DNA from: Selenomonas sp.
GTDB lineage: Bacteria; Bacillota; Negativicutes; Selenomonadales; Selenomonadaceae
Length of the DNA stretch: 63,068 bases
Assembly (NCBI RefSeq): GCF_015265235.1
Contig: NZ_JABZYJ010000001.1
Direction: 5' to 3' (one strand)
Positions 1 through 9,427 of this stretch are shown one piece after another. The position numbers and the translations under genes are program-made. Within the stretch, counting starts at the first letter, position 1, and every line of letters starts with the position of its first letter. The notes under the pieces are model-generated. The model was not told the origin of the DNA, did not search any database, and saw only the letters and a program-made list of their open reading frames with translations.

Positions 1-305
1 GTGAGACAGTTCGGTCCATATCCATCGCGGGCGTAAGATACATGAGGGAGGCTGCTCCTAGTACGAGAGGACCGGAGTGGACGGACCAACGGTGTACCGG
101 TTGTCCTGCCAAGGGCACGGCCGGGTAGCTGCGTCCGGAAGGGATAAACGCTGAAAGCATCTAAGCGTGAAGCCCGTCCCGAGATGAAGTATCTCATTCC
201 TATAAGGAAGTAAGACCCCTTGAAGAAGACAAGGTTGATAGGCTGGATGTGGAAGCACAGCAATGTGTGCAGCTGACCAGCACTAATCGGTCGAGGGCTT
301 GACTT
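1..305 (+). rRNA. rrl: 23S rRNA, 3' portion (truncated by window start)
   Basis: GTGAGACAGTTCGGTCC (peptidyl transferase region), sarcin-ricin loop CTAGTACGAGAGGACC, GCTGAAAGCATCTAAG, typical 3' end GGTCGAGGGCTTGAC; exact 3' end approximate. Confidence 0.97.
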
Positions 306-492
306 AAGTAGAGAGCCAAGATTGTCGGAGCATAGCGACAGACAATCTTGTGCGAATCACTTAGTCGACGTTGACGTAGTCAATGTCGACCGTGTTTAGC
401 AGAGAGCTTTCTTAGGGTAATTCACTTTACACAAACAATTTGCTGACGTTTCTTCTGTGAAGTTTTGAGTGAGCAAGACTCATTCAACAAGA

Positions 493-608
493 TGCGGTGA
501 TGATGCCTGGACGGTTCCACCTGTTCCCATTCCGAACACAGTAGTTAAGCGTCCACAGGCCGAGGGTACTTCGTTGGAGACGACGTGGGAGAGTAGGTAG
601 TTGCCGCA
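493..608 (+). rRNA. rrf: 5S rRNA
   Basis: Conserved CACCTGTTCCCATTCCGAACACAGTAGTTAAGC and GGGAGAGTAGGT; terminal helix TGCGG/CCGCA. Confidence 0.97.
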
Positions 609-611
609 AAG

Positions 612-650
612 ATAGAACTCGTGAATGACGTGTTCACGAGTTCTATTTAT
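612..650 (+). terminator. Terminator-like or processing hairpin between 5S and tRNA-His
   Basis: Perfect 14-bp inverted repeat ATAGAACTCGTGAA / TTCACGAGTTCTAT, 7-nt loop, short T-rich tail. Confidence 0.55.
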
Positions 651-659
651 AAATGACAT

Positions 660-736
660 GGCGGCTTTGGTGAAGCGGTTAACACACTGGATTGTGGCTC
701 CAGCATGCATGGGTTCGATCCCCATAAGTCGCCCCA
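660..736 (+). tRNA. tRNA-His (GTG)
   Basis: G(-1)GCGGCTT/AAGTCGC acceptor stem, anticodon arm CTGGA-TTGTGGC-TCCAG, GGTTCGATCC T-arm, encoded CCA. Confidence 0.96.
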
Positions 737-737
737 T

Positions 738-813
738 AGGGGTATAGCTCAACTGGTAGAGCAACGGTCTCCAAAACCGTAGGTTGTGAGTTCAAGTCTT
801 ACTGCCCCTGCCA
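738..813 (+). tRNA. tRNA-Trp (CCA)
   Basis: AGGGGTA/TGCCCCT acceptor stem, anticodon arm ACGGT-CTCCAAA-ACCGT, GTTCAAG T-loop, encoded CCA. Confidence 0.96.
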
Positions 814-822
814 TTGAGGTTC

Positions 823-850
823 AGCCGTATCGATTTGATACGGTTTTTTT
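823..850 (+). terminator. Intrinsic terminator of the rrn/tRNA transcript
   Basis: AGCCGTATC-gattt-GATACGGTT followed by a T run. Confidence 0.85.
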
Positions 851-870
851 GTTCTTTTATCTTCTTTTTC

Positions 871-899
871 TTGTCAAACATTCCATTATAGTGTAGAAT
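871..899 (+). promoter_or_regulatory. Putative sigma-A promoter
   Basis: TTGTCA-17 bp-TAGAAT upstream of ORF 949. Confidence 0.6.
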
Positions 900-948
900 G
901 ACGAACAGCAAAGAGCTTTTGCTGTCTATTTAAGGAGGAGATCGATCC

Positions 949-1506
949 ATGAAGAAATTCGTCCAAATGGCGCTTGTCTTGTGTCTCACGCTGCTTGCCG
1001 TACAGGTGAGTGCTTCCCCTTTTACGGATAAGGTTACGCTGCCTGAGGGCGCAGTGCTTACAAATGTAAATCGTTTGGCGATTGGAGCTCCGCTCTATGT
1101 GCAGGTTGAGAATACCGCTCCTTCCATTGATATTTTGACACAGATCGAGGCGGATGCATCCAATGTGACGCGTGCTAATGTGGTCAGCTATGATACGGTT
1201 GCAAGTGGTCTCCAGCAGAGCAAGGGGCTCGATCTGAAGGCTCTTCCTCGTCGCGATGCAGCAAAGGCGTTCAAGGATAATGTTGCTTCCTATGCGGATG
1301 CCTATGTCATTCTGACTGTTGCGAACAACAGCCGTACGGTGTTCTTCTTCGATGTTTACCGTGCCGGTACGAACGAGCTCCTCTACACGTATGAGGTGCG
1401 CGCAAATAAGTCAGATGGGAATACGGTGGCGACGTTCTCCAAGCTTTCTGAGCAGTTCTACAAGAATTGGCAGCGTTCGGTGGAGGCGCAGAGCAAAGGA
1501 AAGTAA
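949..1506 (+). CDS. Exported hypothetical protein (Sec signal peptide; possible TolB-N/CsgG/LpoB-like alpha/beta fold)
   Basis: Strong SD TAAGGAGGAG; N-terminal MKK + hydrophobic stretch + VSA cleavage motif; own promoter and terminator; fold guess by eye only. Confidence 0.85.
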   Translation: MKKFVQMALVLCLTLLAVQVSASPFTDKVTLPEGAVLTNVNRLAIGAPLYVQVENTAPSIDILTQIEADASNVTRANVVSYDTVASGLQQSKGLDLKALPRRDAAKAFKDNVASYADAYVILTVANNSRTVFFFDVYRAGTNELLYTYEVRANKSDGNTVATFSKLSEQFYKNWQRSVEAQSKGK

Positions 1507-1521
1507 GCTCTTTCATACAGT

Positions 1522-1566
1522 GGGGCTGTGGCACGAAGTTCGTTTACTTTGTGTCACGGCTTTTTT
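1522..1566 (+). terminator. Intrinsic terminator; copy 1 of the CGAAG/CTTYG palindrome family
   Basis: GCTGTGGCACGAAG-N8-CTTTGTGTCACGGC then TTTTTT. Confidence 0.75.
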
Positions 1567-1609
1567 CTTGTCTCTTATGGAGAAATGTAGCATCTGCTCA
1601 TAATACCTG

Positions 1610-1638
1610 TTGACAAAGATGCTTTGCTATACTAAGAT
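1610..1638 (+). promoter_or_regulatory. Putative sigma-A promoter of typA
   Basis: TTGACA-17 bp-TAAGAT. Confidence 0.65.
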
Positions 1639-1683
1639 AGACACACTATCTTTTGAACGGAACTATGGGGAGGAATATGATCT

Positions 1684-3501
1684 ATGGCGATCAATGAAAA
1701 ACTGCGCAATATCGCGATTATTGCTCACGTTGATCATGGTAAGACGACGCTGGTCGATGCGATGCTGAAGCAGAGCCACGTCTTTCGCTCGAACGAGCAG
1801 GTGAATGAGCGCGTGATGGACTCAGGCGATATCGAGCGCGAGCGTGGGATTACGATTCTTTCGAAGAATACGGCGATCCTCTATGATGGGATCAAAATAA
1901 ATATCGTAGATACCCCCGGTCATGCGGACTTCGGCGGTGAGGTGGAGCGCGTTCTCAACATGGTAGACGGTGTTCTGCTGCTCGTCGATGCGTTTGAGGG
2001 GCCGATGCCGCAGACGAAGTATGTTCTGCGCAAGGCACTTGAGCAGGGGCTGAAACCAATCGTTGTCATCAACAAGATCGACCGCCCGGATCAGCGCGTG
2101 GACGATGTGTACGATGAGGTTTTGGAGCTCTTTATGGAGCTGGATGCGGATGATGACCAGCTCGATTTTCCCGTGATCTATGCTGCAGCGCGTGACGGCA
2201 TTGCCAAGTTTAACATGGAGGATACGAACGACAATCTCGAGCCGCTGATGCAGACTATCGTGAAGGAGATCCCGGCGCCGCAGGGTGATGCGGAGGGGCC
2301 TCTGCAGATGATGGTGACGACGCTCGAAGCGGATGACTATGTTGGCCGCGTTGCCATTGGACGCGTGATTCGTGGATCGGTGCGCCCCAATCAAAATGTT
2401 GTTGTGATCAGCGGTGATCATGAGACGAAGGCAAAGGTCGGCAAGGTCTATGTGTATCAGGGGCTCAAGCGCGTCGAAGTCGACGAAGCGGGGATGGGTG
2501 AGATCGTCGCTCTGACGGGCCTCGGCGATGTGAGCATCGGCTATACGGTGGCGGACGCGGAGAATCCGGAGGCACTGCCGACGATCAATATTGATGAGCC
2601 GACGCTCTCCATGACCTTCGGTGTCAATACGAGTCCGTTTGCAGGCCGTGAGGGGCAGTTCGTTACGTCGCGCCATCTGCGTGATCGCCTGTTCAAGGAG
2701 ATCGAGACGAATGTCGCCATGCACGTCGAGGAGACGGATTCTGCCGATGTGTTCAAGGTATCGGGACGCGGTGAGCTGCATCTTTCCATTCTGATCGAGC
2801 AGATGCGCCGTGAGGGCTATGAACTGCAGGTTGGCAAGCCCGAGGTTGTCTACAAGACGATCAACGGACAGAAGTGCGAGCCAATGGAGAATCTGACGGT
2901 CGAGGTTCCGCAGGAGTATATGGGCGCCGTGATGGAGGCGCTCGGTACGCGCAAGGCGGAGCTGTCGAATATGACGGAGCTGTCGGGCTATATCCGCATG
3001 GAGTTCTTTATCCCGGCGCGTGGGCTGATCGGCTTCCGTTCGGAGCTCCTGACGAGCACGAAGGGCAACGGGATTATGAATCATATCTTCCACGGCTATG
3101 TTCCGTACAAGGGGGATATGACGGGCCGTTCGCATGGGTCGCTTGTTGCGTTTGAGCAGGGCGAGACGACGGGCTACGGCATCTTTTCACTGCAGGATCG
3201 CGGAACGATGTTTATCTCGCCGGGGCAGCAGGTCTACGAAGGGATCATCGTCGGAGAGAACTCGCGCGATATTGACATGGATATCAATCCGTGCAAGAAG
3301 AAGAATGTCACGAATATGCGTACCTCTGCCTCAGATGAGGCGATCCGCCTGACGCCGCCGCGTATTCTGAGCCTGGAGCAGGCGCTGGAGTATATCAACG
3401 ATGATGAGCTCGTCGAGGTGACGCCGGAGAATATTCGCCTGCGTAAAGCGATTCTCGACCGGACGGCACGCGGGCGTGCGGCGAAGAATGCGCGCAAGTA
3501 A
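1684..3501 (+). CDS. typA: Translational GTPase TypA/BipA
   Basis: [39 protein letters not shown]-terminal ELVEVTP..IRLRK. Confidence 0.98.
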   Translation: MAINEKLRNIAIIAHVDHGKTTLVDAMLKQSHVFRSNEQVNERVMDSGDIERERGITILSKNTAILYDGIKINIVDTPGHADFGGEVERVLNMVDGVLLLVDAFEGPMPQTKYVLRKALEQGLKPIVVINKIDRPDQRVDDVYDEVLELFMELDADDDQLDFPVIYAAARDGIAKFNMEDTNDNLEPLMQTIVKEIPAPQGDAEGPLQMMVTTLEADDYVGRVAIGRVIRGSVRPNQNVVVISGDHETKAKVGKVYVYQGLKRVEVDEAGMGEIVALTGLGDVSIGYTVADAENPEALPTINIDEPTLSMTFGVNTSPFAGREGQFVTSRHLRDRLFKEIETNVAMHVEETDSADVFKVSGRGELHLSILIEQMRREGYELQVGKPEVVYKTINGQKCEPMENLTVEVPQEYMGAVMEALGTRKAELSNMTELSGYIRMEFFIPARGLIGFRSELLTSTKGNGIMNHIFHGYVPYKGDMTGRSHGSLVAFEQGETTGYGIFSLQDRGTMFISPGQQVYEGIIVGENSRDIDMDINPCKKKNVTNMRTSASDEAIRLTPPRILSLEQALEYINDDELVEVTPENIRLRKAILDRTARGRAAKNARK

Positions 3502-3540
3502 CGGTGAAAAGTTTTTTCATCAACTTTCTTGTCGGTACAC

Positions 3541-3569
3541 TTGCTTTTCTGAAAGAAATATGATAGTAT
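3541..3569 (+). promoter_or_regulatory. Putative sigma-A promoter of sepF homologue
   Basis: TTGCTT-17 bp-TAGTAT with TG extended -10. Confidence 0.55.
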
Positions 3570-3642
3570 GTCTGCGTTAGCAGGATGAGAATTTGTCGCC
3601 AATTTTCGGCGGATGGATACAGATCAAGGAAGGAAGAGGTAA

Positions 3643-4206
3643 ATGGGTGCGGAATCTTTGTTTTCACGTGTGAAAGATATGGTTTCACACGTTGTGGACT
3701 CATTTATACCGATTGCTGAGGACGAAGACGAGGAAGAGGAGATTCGTGCGCAGCAGGCGTCACAGACTGCTCAGACGACGCAGGCAGCACAGAGTTTTGC
3801 TTCCGAGCGACGCGTTGCCAATGGGGGAACGGTGTCGTCATTCTCATCGCCTTCCTATGGCAGCACCAGTTCCTTTCAGTCTCCGCGTACGCCTGTGACA
3901 GGGGAGGGGAGTTCGACGCCGCTGACGGTACATACGACGAAGGTATCGGAACTGCGCGTGCGGATTCATCGCCCGCGTCGTTACGATGATGCGGCTCCGG
4001 CGGTTGTCCAGTTGAAGCAGGGGATTGCGATCGCCGTGAATTTTGACTGTATGAGTGAGCCAGAACGTCGCCGTGTCTGTGACTTCCTGAATGGTGCCTG
4101 CTATGTGATGCATGGCACGGCACATGTCGTGTCGAGTACGATCATTCTCTATGCACCGAAGGGTGTTGATGTGACGGATCCACTCGCAGCGACGAAGACC
4201 AACTGA
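3643..4206 (+). CDS. sepF: Cell division protein SepF family
   Basis: N-terminal amphipathic helix, acidic patch, low-complexity linker, C-terminal core P..YDDA...LK.G...VNF.......RR..DFLNGACY...G. Confidence 0.85.
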   Translation: MGAESLFSRVKDMVSHVVDSFIPIAEDEDEEEEIRAQQASQTAQTTQAAQSFASERRVANGGTVSSFSSPSYGSTSSFQSPRTPVTGEGSSTPLTVHTTKVSELRVRIHRPRRYDDAAPAVVQLKQGIAIAVNFDCMSEPERRRVCDFLNGACYVMHGTAHVVSSTIILYAPKGVDVTDPLAATKTN

Positions 4207-4218
4207 ATGATAGACAGA

Positions 4219-4265
4219 GGAGCTCTACGCGAAGACCAACGTCTTCGTGCAGGAGCTCTTTTTTT
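4219..4265 (+). terminator. Intrinsic terminator; copy 2 of the palindrome family
   Basis: GAGCTCTACGCGAAGAC-caac-GTCTTCGTGCAGGAGCTC then TTTTTTT. Confidence 0.8.
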
Positions 4266-4285
4266 GAAAAAAATTCTGCAGGGCG

Positions 4286-4314
4286 TTGTTTTGGCGCCCA
4301 TGGTATGCTATAAT
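4286..4314 (+). promoter_or_regulatory. Promoter of rpsB-tsf
   Basis: TTGTTT-17 bp-TATAAT with TG extended -10 (TGCTATAAT). Confidence 0.65.
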
Positions 4315-4332
4315 ACGCCCTAGTGTAAAAAA

Positions 4333-4396
4333 CACGCGTTTTCGATAGCTGTTCTGTGCCGTATTTATGCGGTGGTACAGCGGATGAGAAGCGCGG
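4333..4396 (+). promoter_or_regulatory. Structured rpsB 5' leader (probable S2 autoregulatory element)
   Basis: Nested pairings CGCGTTTT/GAAGCGCG, GCTGT/ACAGC, CCGTA/TGCGG in the 5' UTR; r-protein leaders are known upstream of rpsB. Confidence 0.55.
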
Positions 4397-4417
4397 AAGA
4401 ACAACAGGAGGTATTTT

Positions 4418-5122
4418 ATGGCAGTCATTTCTATGAAGCAGCTTCTGGAGGCAGGTGTCCATTTCGGACATCAGACGCGTCGCTGGAATCCGAAGATGGC
4501 ACGTTACATCTTCACGGAGCGCAACGGCATCTACATCATTGATCTGCAGAAGACGGTGCGCAAGGTGGATGAGGCGTACAATTTCCTTCGCAGCGTTGCG
4601 CAGGAAGGGAAGTCCGTGCTCTTCATCGGCACGAAGAAGCAGGCGCAGGAGGCCATCCGTGAGGAGGCGCTCCGTGCGAATATGTACTACGTCAACGAGC
4701 GTTGGCTCGGCGGCATGCTGACGAACTTCCAGACGATTCAGCGTCGTATTCATCGTCTCAAGGCACTTGAGGAGATGGAGGAGAACGGCACGTTCGAGGT
4801 TCTCACGAAGAAGGAAGTGCAGGGCCTGCGCCACGAGAAGGAGAAGCTCGAGCGCTATCTGGGCGGCATTAAGGATATGAACCGTCTGCCGGGTGCACTC
4901 TTTGTCGTTGACCCGCGCAAGGAGCGTATTGCGGTTGCCGAGGCACGCAAGCTGAACATTCCCATCGTCGCGATTGTCGATACGAACTGTGATCCGGATG
5001 AGATCGACTATGTGATTCCGGGCAACGATGATGCGATCCGTGCCGTGAAGCTTCTCACGGGCTGCATGGCAGACGCTGTGCTCGAGGGAAATCAGGGCGG
5101 CGCACAGGAAGCGGCTGAGTAA
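4418..5122 (+). CDS. rpsB: 30S ribosomal protein S2
   Basis: [44 protein letters not shown]. Confidence 0.99.
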   Translation: MAVISMKQLLEAGVHFGHQTRRWNPKMARYIFTERNGIYIIDLQKTVRKVDEAYNFLRSVAQEGKSVLFIGTKKQAQEAIREEALRANMYYVNERWLGGMLTNFQTIQRRIHRLKALEEMEENGTFEVLTKKEVQGLRHEKEKLERYLGGIKDMNRLPGALFVVDPRKERIAVAEARKLNIPIVAIVDTNCDPDEIDYVIPGNDDAIRAVKLLTGCMADAVLEGNQGGAQEAAE

Positions 5123-5133
5123 TCAAAGACAGT

Positions 5134-5168
5134 GGGGTAAGGGAGCATTATCCCCTTACCCCTTTTTT
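5134..5168 (+). terminator. Attenuating terminator between rpsB and tsf
   Basis: GGGGTAAGGG / CCCTTACCCC stem then TTTTTT. Confidence 0.75.
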
Positions 5169-5194
5169 ATGGAACGATCATAGGAGGAACGATA

Positions 5195-6061
5195 ATGGCA
5201 ATTAGTGCAGCGATGGTAAAGGAACTGCGTGAGCGTACGGGCGCAGGTATGATGGACTGCAAGAAGGCTCTCGCTGAGACGAACGGCGATATGCAGCAGG
5301 CAATCGACTACCTGCGCGAGAAGGGGATTGCAAAGGCAGAGAAGAAGGCTGGACGCATCGCCGCTGAGGGTGCGGTGACGGCATATCTCTCGTCTGATGC
5401 GAAGGTCGGTGTCATTGTCGAGATCAACTGCGAGACGGACTTTGCTGCGAGCAATGAACAGTTCCGCGAGCTCAGTGCGAAGGTTGCAAAGCATATTGCA
5501 GAGACGAACCCGGCAGATCTCGATGCCCTGAATGCAAGCACGCTGGATGGCAAGGATGTTGCCTCCCTCATTACTGAGGCAACGGCGACGATCGGGGAGA
5601 AGATCTCCCTCCGCCGCTTCGCCCGCTATGAGGGTGCAGGCCGTGTGGCAACGTACATCCACATGGGCGGCAAGATCGGCGTCCTCGTTGAGCTCTCCGG
5701 TGGGGATGAGCAGCTCGGCAAGGATATTGCGATGCAGATTGCGGCAGCGGCACCGCTCGCGATTGACCGCGCCGGCGTGACGGCCGATCATATCGAGCAT
5801 GAGAAGGAGGTTCTTCGCAAGCAGGCGCTTGAGGAGGGCAAGCCCGAGAAGATCATCGAGAAGATGGTCGAGGGGCGTATCAATAAGTTCTATGAGGAAG
5901 TCTGCTTGCTTGAGCAGAAATTCGTCAAGGATCCGGAGAAGAAGATTGCAGATGTGCTTGGATCGGTAGAGGTCAAGGCGTTTACGCGCTATCAGCTGGG
6001 CGAAGGCATCGAGAAGAAGCAGGAGGACTTCGCTGCAGAGGTCGCTGCTCAGATGAAGTAA
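5195..6061 (+). CDS. tsf: Translation elongation factor Ts
   Basis: [34 protein letters not shown]. Confidence 0.99.
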   Translation: MAISAAMVKELRERTGAGMMDCKKALAETNGDMQQAIDYLREKGIAKAEKKAGRIAAEGAVTAYLSSDAKVGVIVEINCETDFAASNEQFRELSAKVAKHIAETNPADLDALNASTLDGKDVASLITEATATIGEKISLRRFARYEGAGRVATYIHMGGKIGVLVELSGGDEQLGKDIAMQIAAAAPLAIDRAGVTADHIEHEKEVLRKQALEEGKPEKIIEKMVEGRINKFYEEVCLLEQKFVKDPEKKIADVLGSVEVKAFTRYQLGEGIEKKQEDFAAEVAAQMK

Positions 6062-6078
6062 GATGATTTGAAGAGAGG

Positions 6079-6105
6079 AGAGCTGCCCAACGGCAGCTCT
6101 TTTTT
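6079..6105 (+). terminator. Intrinsic terminator after tsf
   Basis: AGAGCTGCC-caac-GGCAGCTCT then TTTTT. Confidence 0.85.
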
Positions 6106-6180
6106 GCAGATGGTCTGCGGATTTTTTTGCAAAAATGTGCTATAATGGCGCAGAGAGTGTGCGTGACAGGAGGAGTTGTC

Positions 6181-6906
6181 TTGGAAACGAAATATCGTCG
6201 CGTCGTGTTGAAGCTGAGCGGAGAAGCGCTCGCGGGAGATCAGGGATTCGGGATCAATCCACAGGTTGTCGAGGCAATCGCCGCACAGATTAAGAAGGTG
6301 CGCGATCACGGCATCGATGTCGCCATTGTGGTCGGCGGAGGGAATATCTGGCGCGGACTCGCAGGCAGTGCGAAGGGGATGGATCGCACGACGGCAGACT
6401 ATATGGGGATGATGGCGACGGTGATGAACGCACTCGCCCTGCAGGATGCTCTTGAAAATCAGGACGTTGACACGCGTGTCCAGAGTGCCATTGAGATGCG
6501 TCAGGTGGCAGAACCGTATATTCGCCGCCGCGCCATCCGTCACATGGAGAAGGGACGCGTGGTGATCTTCGGTGCTGGTACGGGGAATCCCTATTTTTCT
6601 ACGGATACGACGGCCGCCCTGCGCGCAGCGGAGATCGAGGCAGACGTTATTCTCATGGCGAAGAAGGGGACGGACGGAATCTACGATTCCGACCCCAATA
6701 AGAACCCCAATGCCAAGCGTTTTGAGAAACTGGCGTATATTGATATTCTGAACAAGGGACTCGCGGTCATGGACGCGACGGCGACCAGTCTCTGCATGGA
6801 GAATAACATCCCCATGGTGGTGTTTAATATTGATGTGCATGAAAATATTGCACGGGCAGCATTTGGTGAGCCGATTGGTACAACGGTAGGAGGCGAAGCA
6901 GTATGA
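6181..6906 (+). CDS. pyrH: UMP kinase
   Basis: [32 protein letters not shown] start at 6181 chosen after SD GGAGGAG; extended -10 TGCTATAAT at 6138-6146. Confidence 0.97.
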   Translation: METKYRRVVLKLSGEALAGDQGFGINPQVVEAIAAQIKKVRDHGIDVAIVVGGGNIWRGLAGSAKGMDRTTADYMGMMATVMNALALQDALENQDVDTRVQSAIEMRQVAEPYIRRRAIRHMEKGRVVIFGAGTGNPYFSTDTTAALRAAEIEADVILMAKKGTDGIYDSDPNKNPNAKRFEKLAYIDILNKGLAVMDATATSLCMENNIPMVVFNIDVHENIARAAFGEPIGTTVGGEAV

Positions 6907-7460
6907 TCAAGGATATTCTGTCAAAGCACGAGGAAAGTATGAGTAAGGCGATCGAGGCGCTTCGTCGCGAGTTCTCTTCGCTGCGCGCAGGACGCGCAAC
7001 GCCGAATCTCTTGGATAAGATCATGGTGCCCTACTATGGGACACCGACCTCGGTCAACCAGCTCGCCAAGGTGACGGTGCCGGAGCCGCACATGATCGTC
7101 ATTACACCGTGGGAGAAGTCGATTCTGCATGAGATTGAAATCGCTATCTCAAAGTCCGATCTCGGCCTTTCGCCGAACTCTGACGGAAATGTGATTCGCC
7201 TTGCAATCCCTCAGCCGACGCAGGAGCGCCGCAAGGAGCTGATCAAGACGGTCGGCAAGAAGACGGAGGAGGCGAAGGTCGCTCTGCGTAATATCCGACG
7301 TGATGCAAACGAGGCGATCAAAAAGCTCGAGAAGGACAAGGAGATCAATGAGGACGAGTCCAAGCGCGGTCAGGACTCAGTGCAGAAGCTCGTCGATAAG
7401 TTCGTCAAGCAGATGGACGAGATGCGTGCCGCAAAGGAAAAAGAGGTCATGGAGATCTGA
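6903..7460 (+). CDS. frr: Ribosome recycling factor
   Basis: [33 protein letters not shown] overlap with pyrH. Confidence 0.98.
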   Translation: MIKDILSKHEESMSKAIEALRREFSSLRAGRATPNLLDKIMVPYYGTPTSVNQLAKVTVPEPHMIVITPWEKSILHEIEIAISKSDLGLSPNSDGNVIRLAIPQPTQERRKELIKTVGKKTEEAKVALRNIRRDANEAIKKLEKDKEINEDESKRGQDSVQKLVDKFVKQMDEMRAAKEKEVMEI

Positions 7461-7693
7461 TGGAGGATTCCTTTTCAGCACGTCCGTGGGATGAGGTGCG
7501 GCGGGAGCTGGATGCCAAAGGCGCATCCTACACGGTATCGGTATCGCGTGCATCACGTCCTTTTTTTCCCGTCGATGAGACGCAGTCCTATGTCATTCGT
7601 GTTCGTCAGAATGGGGCTGTGCATCAGGTCACGCTCACGGAACTTCCGCTGTGCAGTCCGACTGTCGCCGCCTACGAAGAACATTTCCGCTGA
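7460..7693 (+). CDS. Small hypothetical protein (77 aa), possibly a PASTA-like fold
   Basis: TGATG stop/start overlap with frr, GGAG upstream, followed by a terminator-like hairpin. Confidence 0.7.
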   Translation: MEDSFSARPWDEVRRELDAKGASYTVSVSRASRPFFPVDETQSYVIRVRQNGAVHQVTLTELPLCSPTVAAYEEHFR

Positions 7694-7700
7694 ATGCGCG

Positions 7701-7734
7701 ACACCCCTTTCGGCATCCGCCGAAGGGGTGTTTT
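7701..7734 (+). terminator. Hairpin/terminator before uppS
   Basis: ACACCCCTT(T)CGGC-atcc-GCCGAAGGGGTGT then TTT. Confidence 0.65.
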
Positions 7735-7775
7735 GGTAGTGGTATTGTGTTGCAGATAGAAATGGAGCGAACGAC

Positions 7776-8570
7776 ATGTGGAGGAAGCTCTTTGGCTGTG
7801 CTGAGGAGAAAGTGACGTCTCCCGAAAACCAGCTTTCAACAAGCAGCACGGTATCGCAAGATATGTTGCCGCGTCATATTGCCATTGTGATGGATGGAAA
7901 TGGACGATGGGCAAAAGCAAAGGGAAACTCTCGTTCCGCAGGACATGAGGCGGGTGCGCGTACCTTGAAGCGTATCGTTCGTGCTGCTTCGCATATAGGG
8001 ATAGAGGTGCTGACCGTCTATGCCTTTTCAACAGAGAATTGGAAGCGGCCACATCGAGAAGTCGATTTTCTACTCAATCTCTTTGATTCTTTCCTGGAGA
8101 AGGAGATCACGGAGATGCATGAGCAAAATGTTCGCATGAGCTTCATCGGTCGACGGGATCGCTTTTCTGACCGTTTCCTTGCCCGTATGGAGGATGCAGA
8201 ACAGCGTACGGCGCATAACACCGGCGTGCATTTTAATCTGGCGGCGAATTATGGCAGCCAGGATGAGATCGTGCGTGCTGTTCGTAAGTTGGCCGTGCGT
8301 GTCGCAGAGGGGGAGATACGCCCTGAGGAAATCGACGAGGCACTCTTTTCCGATGCACTTGATACGGCAGGTGATCCGCCCGTGGATCTCTTTATCCGTA
8401 CAAGCGGCGATCTTCGTCTGAGCAACTTCCTCCTATGGCAGTCTGCCTATGCAGAGCTGTATTTTACGGAGACGCATTGGCCGGATTTCACACCGGAAGA
8501 ACTTAAGCGTGCCATTGAGGACTTTGCAGGGCGAAGCCGGCGCTTTGGCGGGCTTACTACAGAAGAATAA
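7776..8570 (+). CDS. uppS: Undecaprenyl diphosphate synthase
   Basis: PRHIAIVMDGNGRWA, YAFSTENWKRP, IRTSGDLRLSNFLLWQ, RRFGG. Confidence 0.98.
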   Translation: MWRKLFGCAEEKVTSPENQLSTSSTVSQDMLPRHIAIVMDGNGRWAKAKGNSRSAGHEAGARTLKRIVRAASHIGIEVLTVYAFSTENWKRPHREVDFLLNLFDSFLEKEITEMHEQNVRMSFIGRRDRFSDRFLARMEDAEQRTAHNTGVHFNLAANYGSQDEIVRAVRKLAVRVAEGEIRPEEIDEALFSDALDTAGDPPVDLFIRTSGDLRLSNFLLWQSAYAELYFTETHWPDFTPEELKRAIEDFAGRSRRFGGLTTEE

Positions 8571-8585
8571 AGATGGAGGCTGTCT

Positions 8586-9407
8586 TTGATTACACGCATT
8601 ATCTCCGGCATTATCGGTATTGGTATTGCAGGATATGTTATACAGACGGGCGGAACAACGTTTACGGTTGCCGCAGCGGTGCTTGCAGCTCTCGCGTGGT
8701 TTGAGTATACACGTGCTTTCTCGCACCGTGGAGGCAGTCCTGCCTTATTTTCCGGTATTCTTGGCATCGGGGGAATGCTGTATGGTGCGTTCATCGGGCA
8801 GGAGAGTGTGATTTTGCTTTCCATGATCGCATCCTCGATTCTTGCCCTGATGACCTGCGTCCTCCTGCGCGGCGATGTGTCTGTTCACGATGCAACTGTT
8901 TCTGTGGCGGGGATCTGCTACATCGGCATGCCGTTTGCCCTGCTTATTCTCCTGCGGAGTATGACGGGGCCTGTCTATACGACACCGATTGAGACGTTTT
9001 CCTGCGGAGCAGCGATGGTCTGGGTGATGTTTATCGGGACATGGGCAAGTGATAGTTTTGCCTATTTTGCCGGACGTGCGTTTGGCTCACACAAGCTGGC
9101 ACCCGCCATTAGTCCGAATAAGACGATCGAGGGCTTCTTTGGCGGCCTGATCGGTACGATTGCTGTCGTCGTGGGGCTTGGCTGGCTGCTCGCAATGCCG
9201 CTGCCGCAGATGGCAGGATTGGGCGCTGCGATTGCCGTGCTCGGTACGCTTGGTGATCTTGTCGAGTCCATGATGAAGCGGCAGACGGGTATCAAGGATT
9301 CGGGTGCGATTATCCCGGGACACGGTGGTGTATGGGATCGCTTTGACAGTGTTCTCTTTACGGCACCGCTGGTCTATTACTATACGGTATACATTGTCCT
9401 GCGCTGA
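8586..9407 (+). CDS. cdsA: Phosphatidate cytidylyltransferase
   Basis: Polytopic membrane protein; SPNKTIEG, GDLVESMMKR..GIKDSG..IPGHGG..DRFD; TTG start after GGAGG. Confidence 0.97.
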   Translation: MITRIISGIIGIGIAGYVIQTGGTTFTVAAAVLAALAWFEYTRAFSHRGGSPALFSGILGIGGMLYGAFIGQESVILLSMIASSILALMTCVLLRGDVSVHDATVSVAGICYIGMPFALLILLRSMTGPVYTTPIETFSCGAAMVWVMFIGTWASDSFAYFAGRAFGSHKLAPAISPNKTIEGFFGGLIGTIAVVVGLGWLLAMPLPQMAGLGAAIAVLGTLGDLVESMMKRQTGIKDSGAIIPGHGGVWDRFDSVLFTAPLVYYYTVYIVLR

Positions 9408-9427
9408 GCGGGGCAAAAGGAGCTTGG

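Noticed and set aside
58..764. ORFs 58-258 and 480-764 on the minus strand
   Set aside because: Antisense to rRNA and tRNA genes; spurious
814..1566. Genomic island integrated at tRNA-Trp or tRNA-His
   Set aside because: No integrase, no repeated tRNA 3' end seen, and the downstream genes are core housekeeping genes
3659..3677. parS-like TGTTTTCACGTGTGAAAGA in the sepF 5' end
   Set aside because: Two bases too long for the 16-bp parS palindrome and explainable by coding sequence
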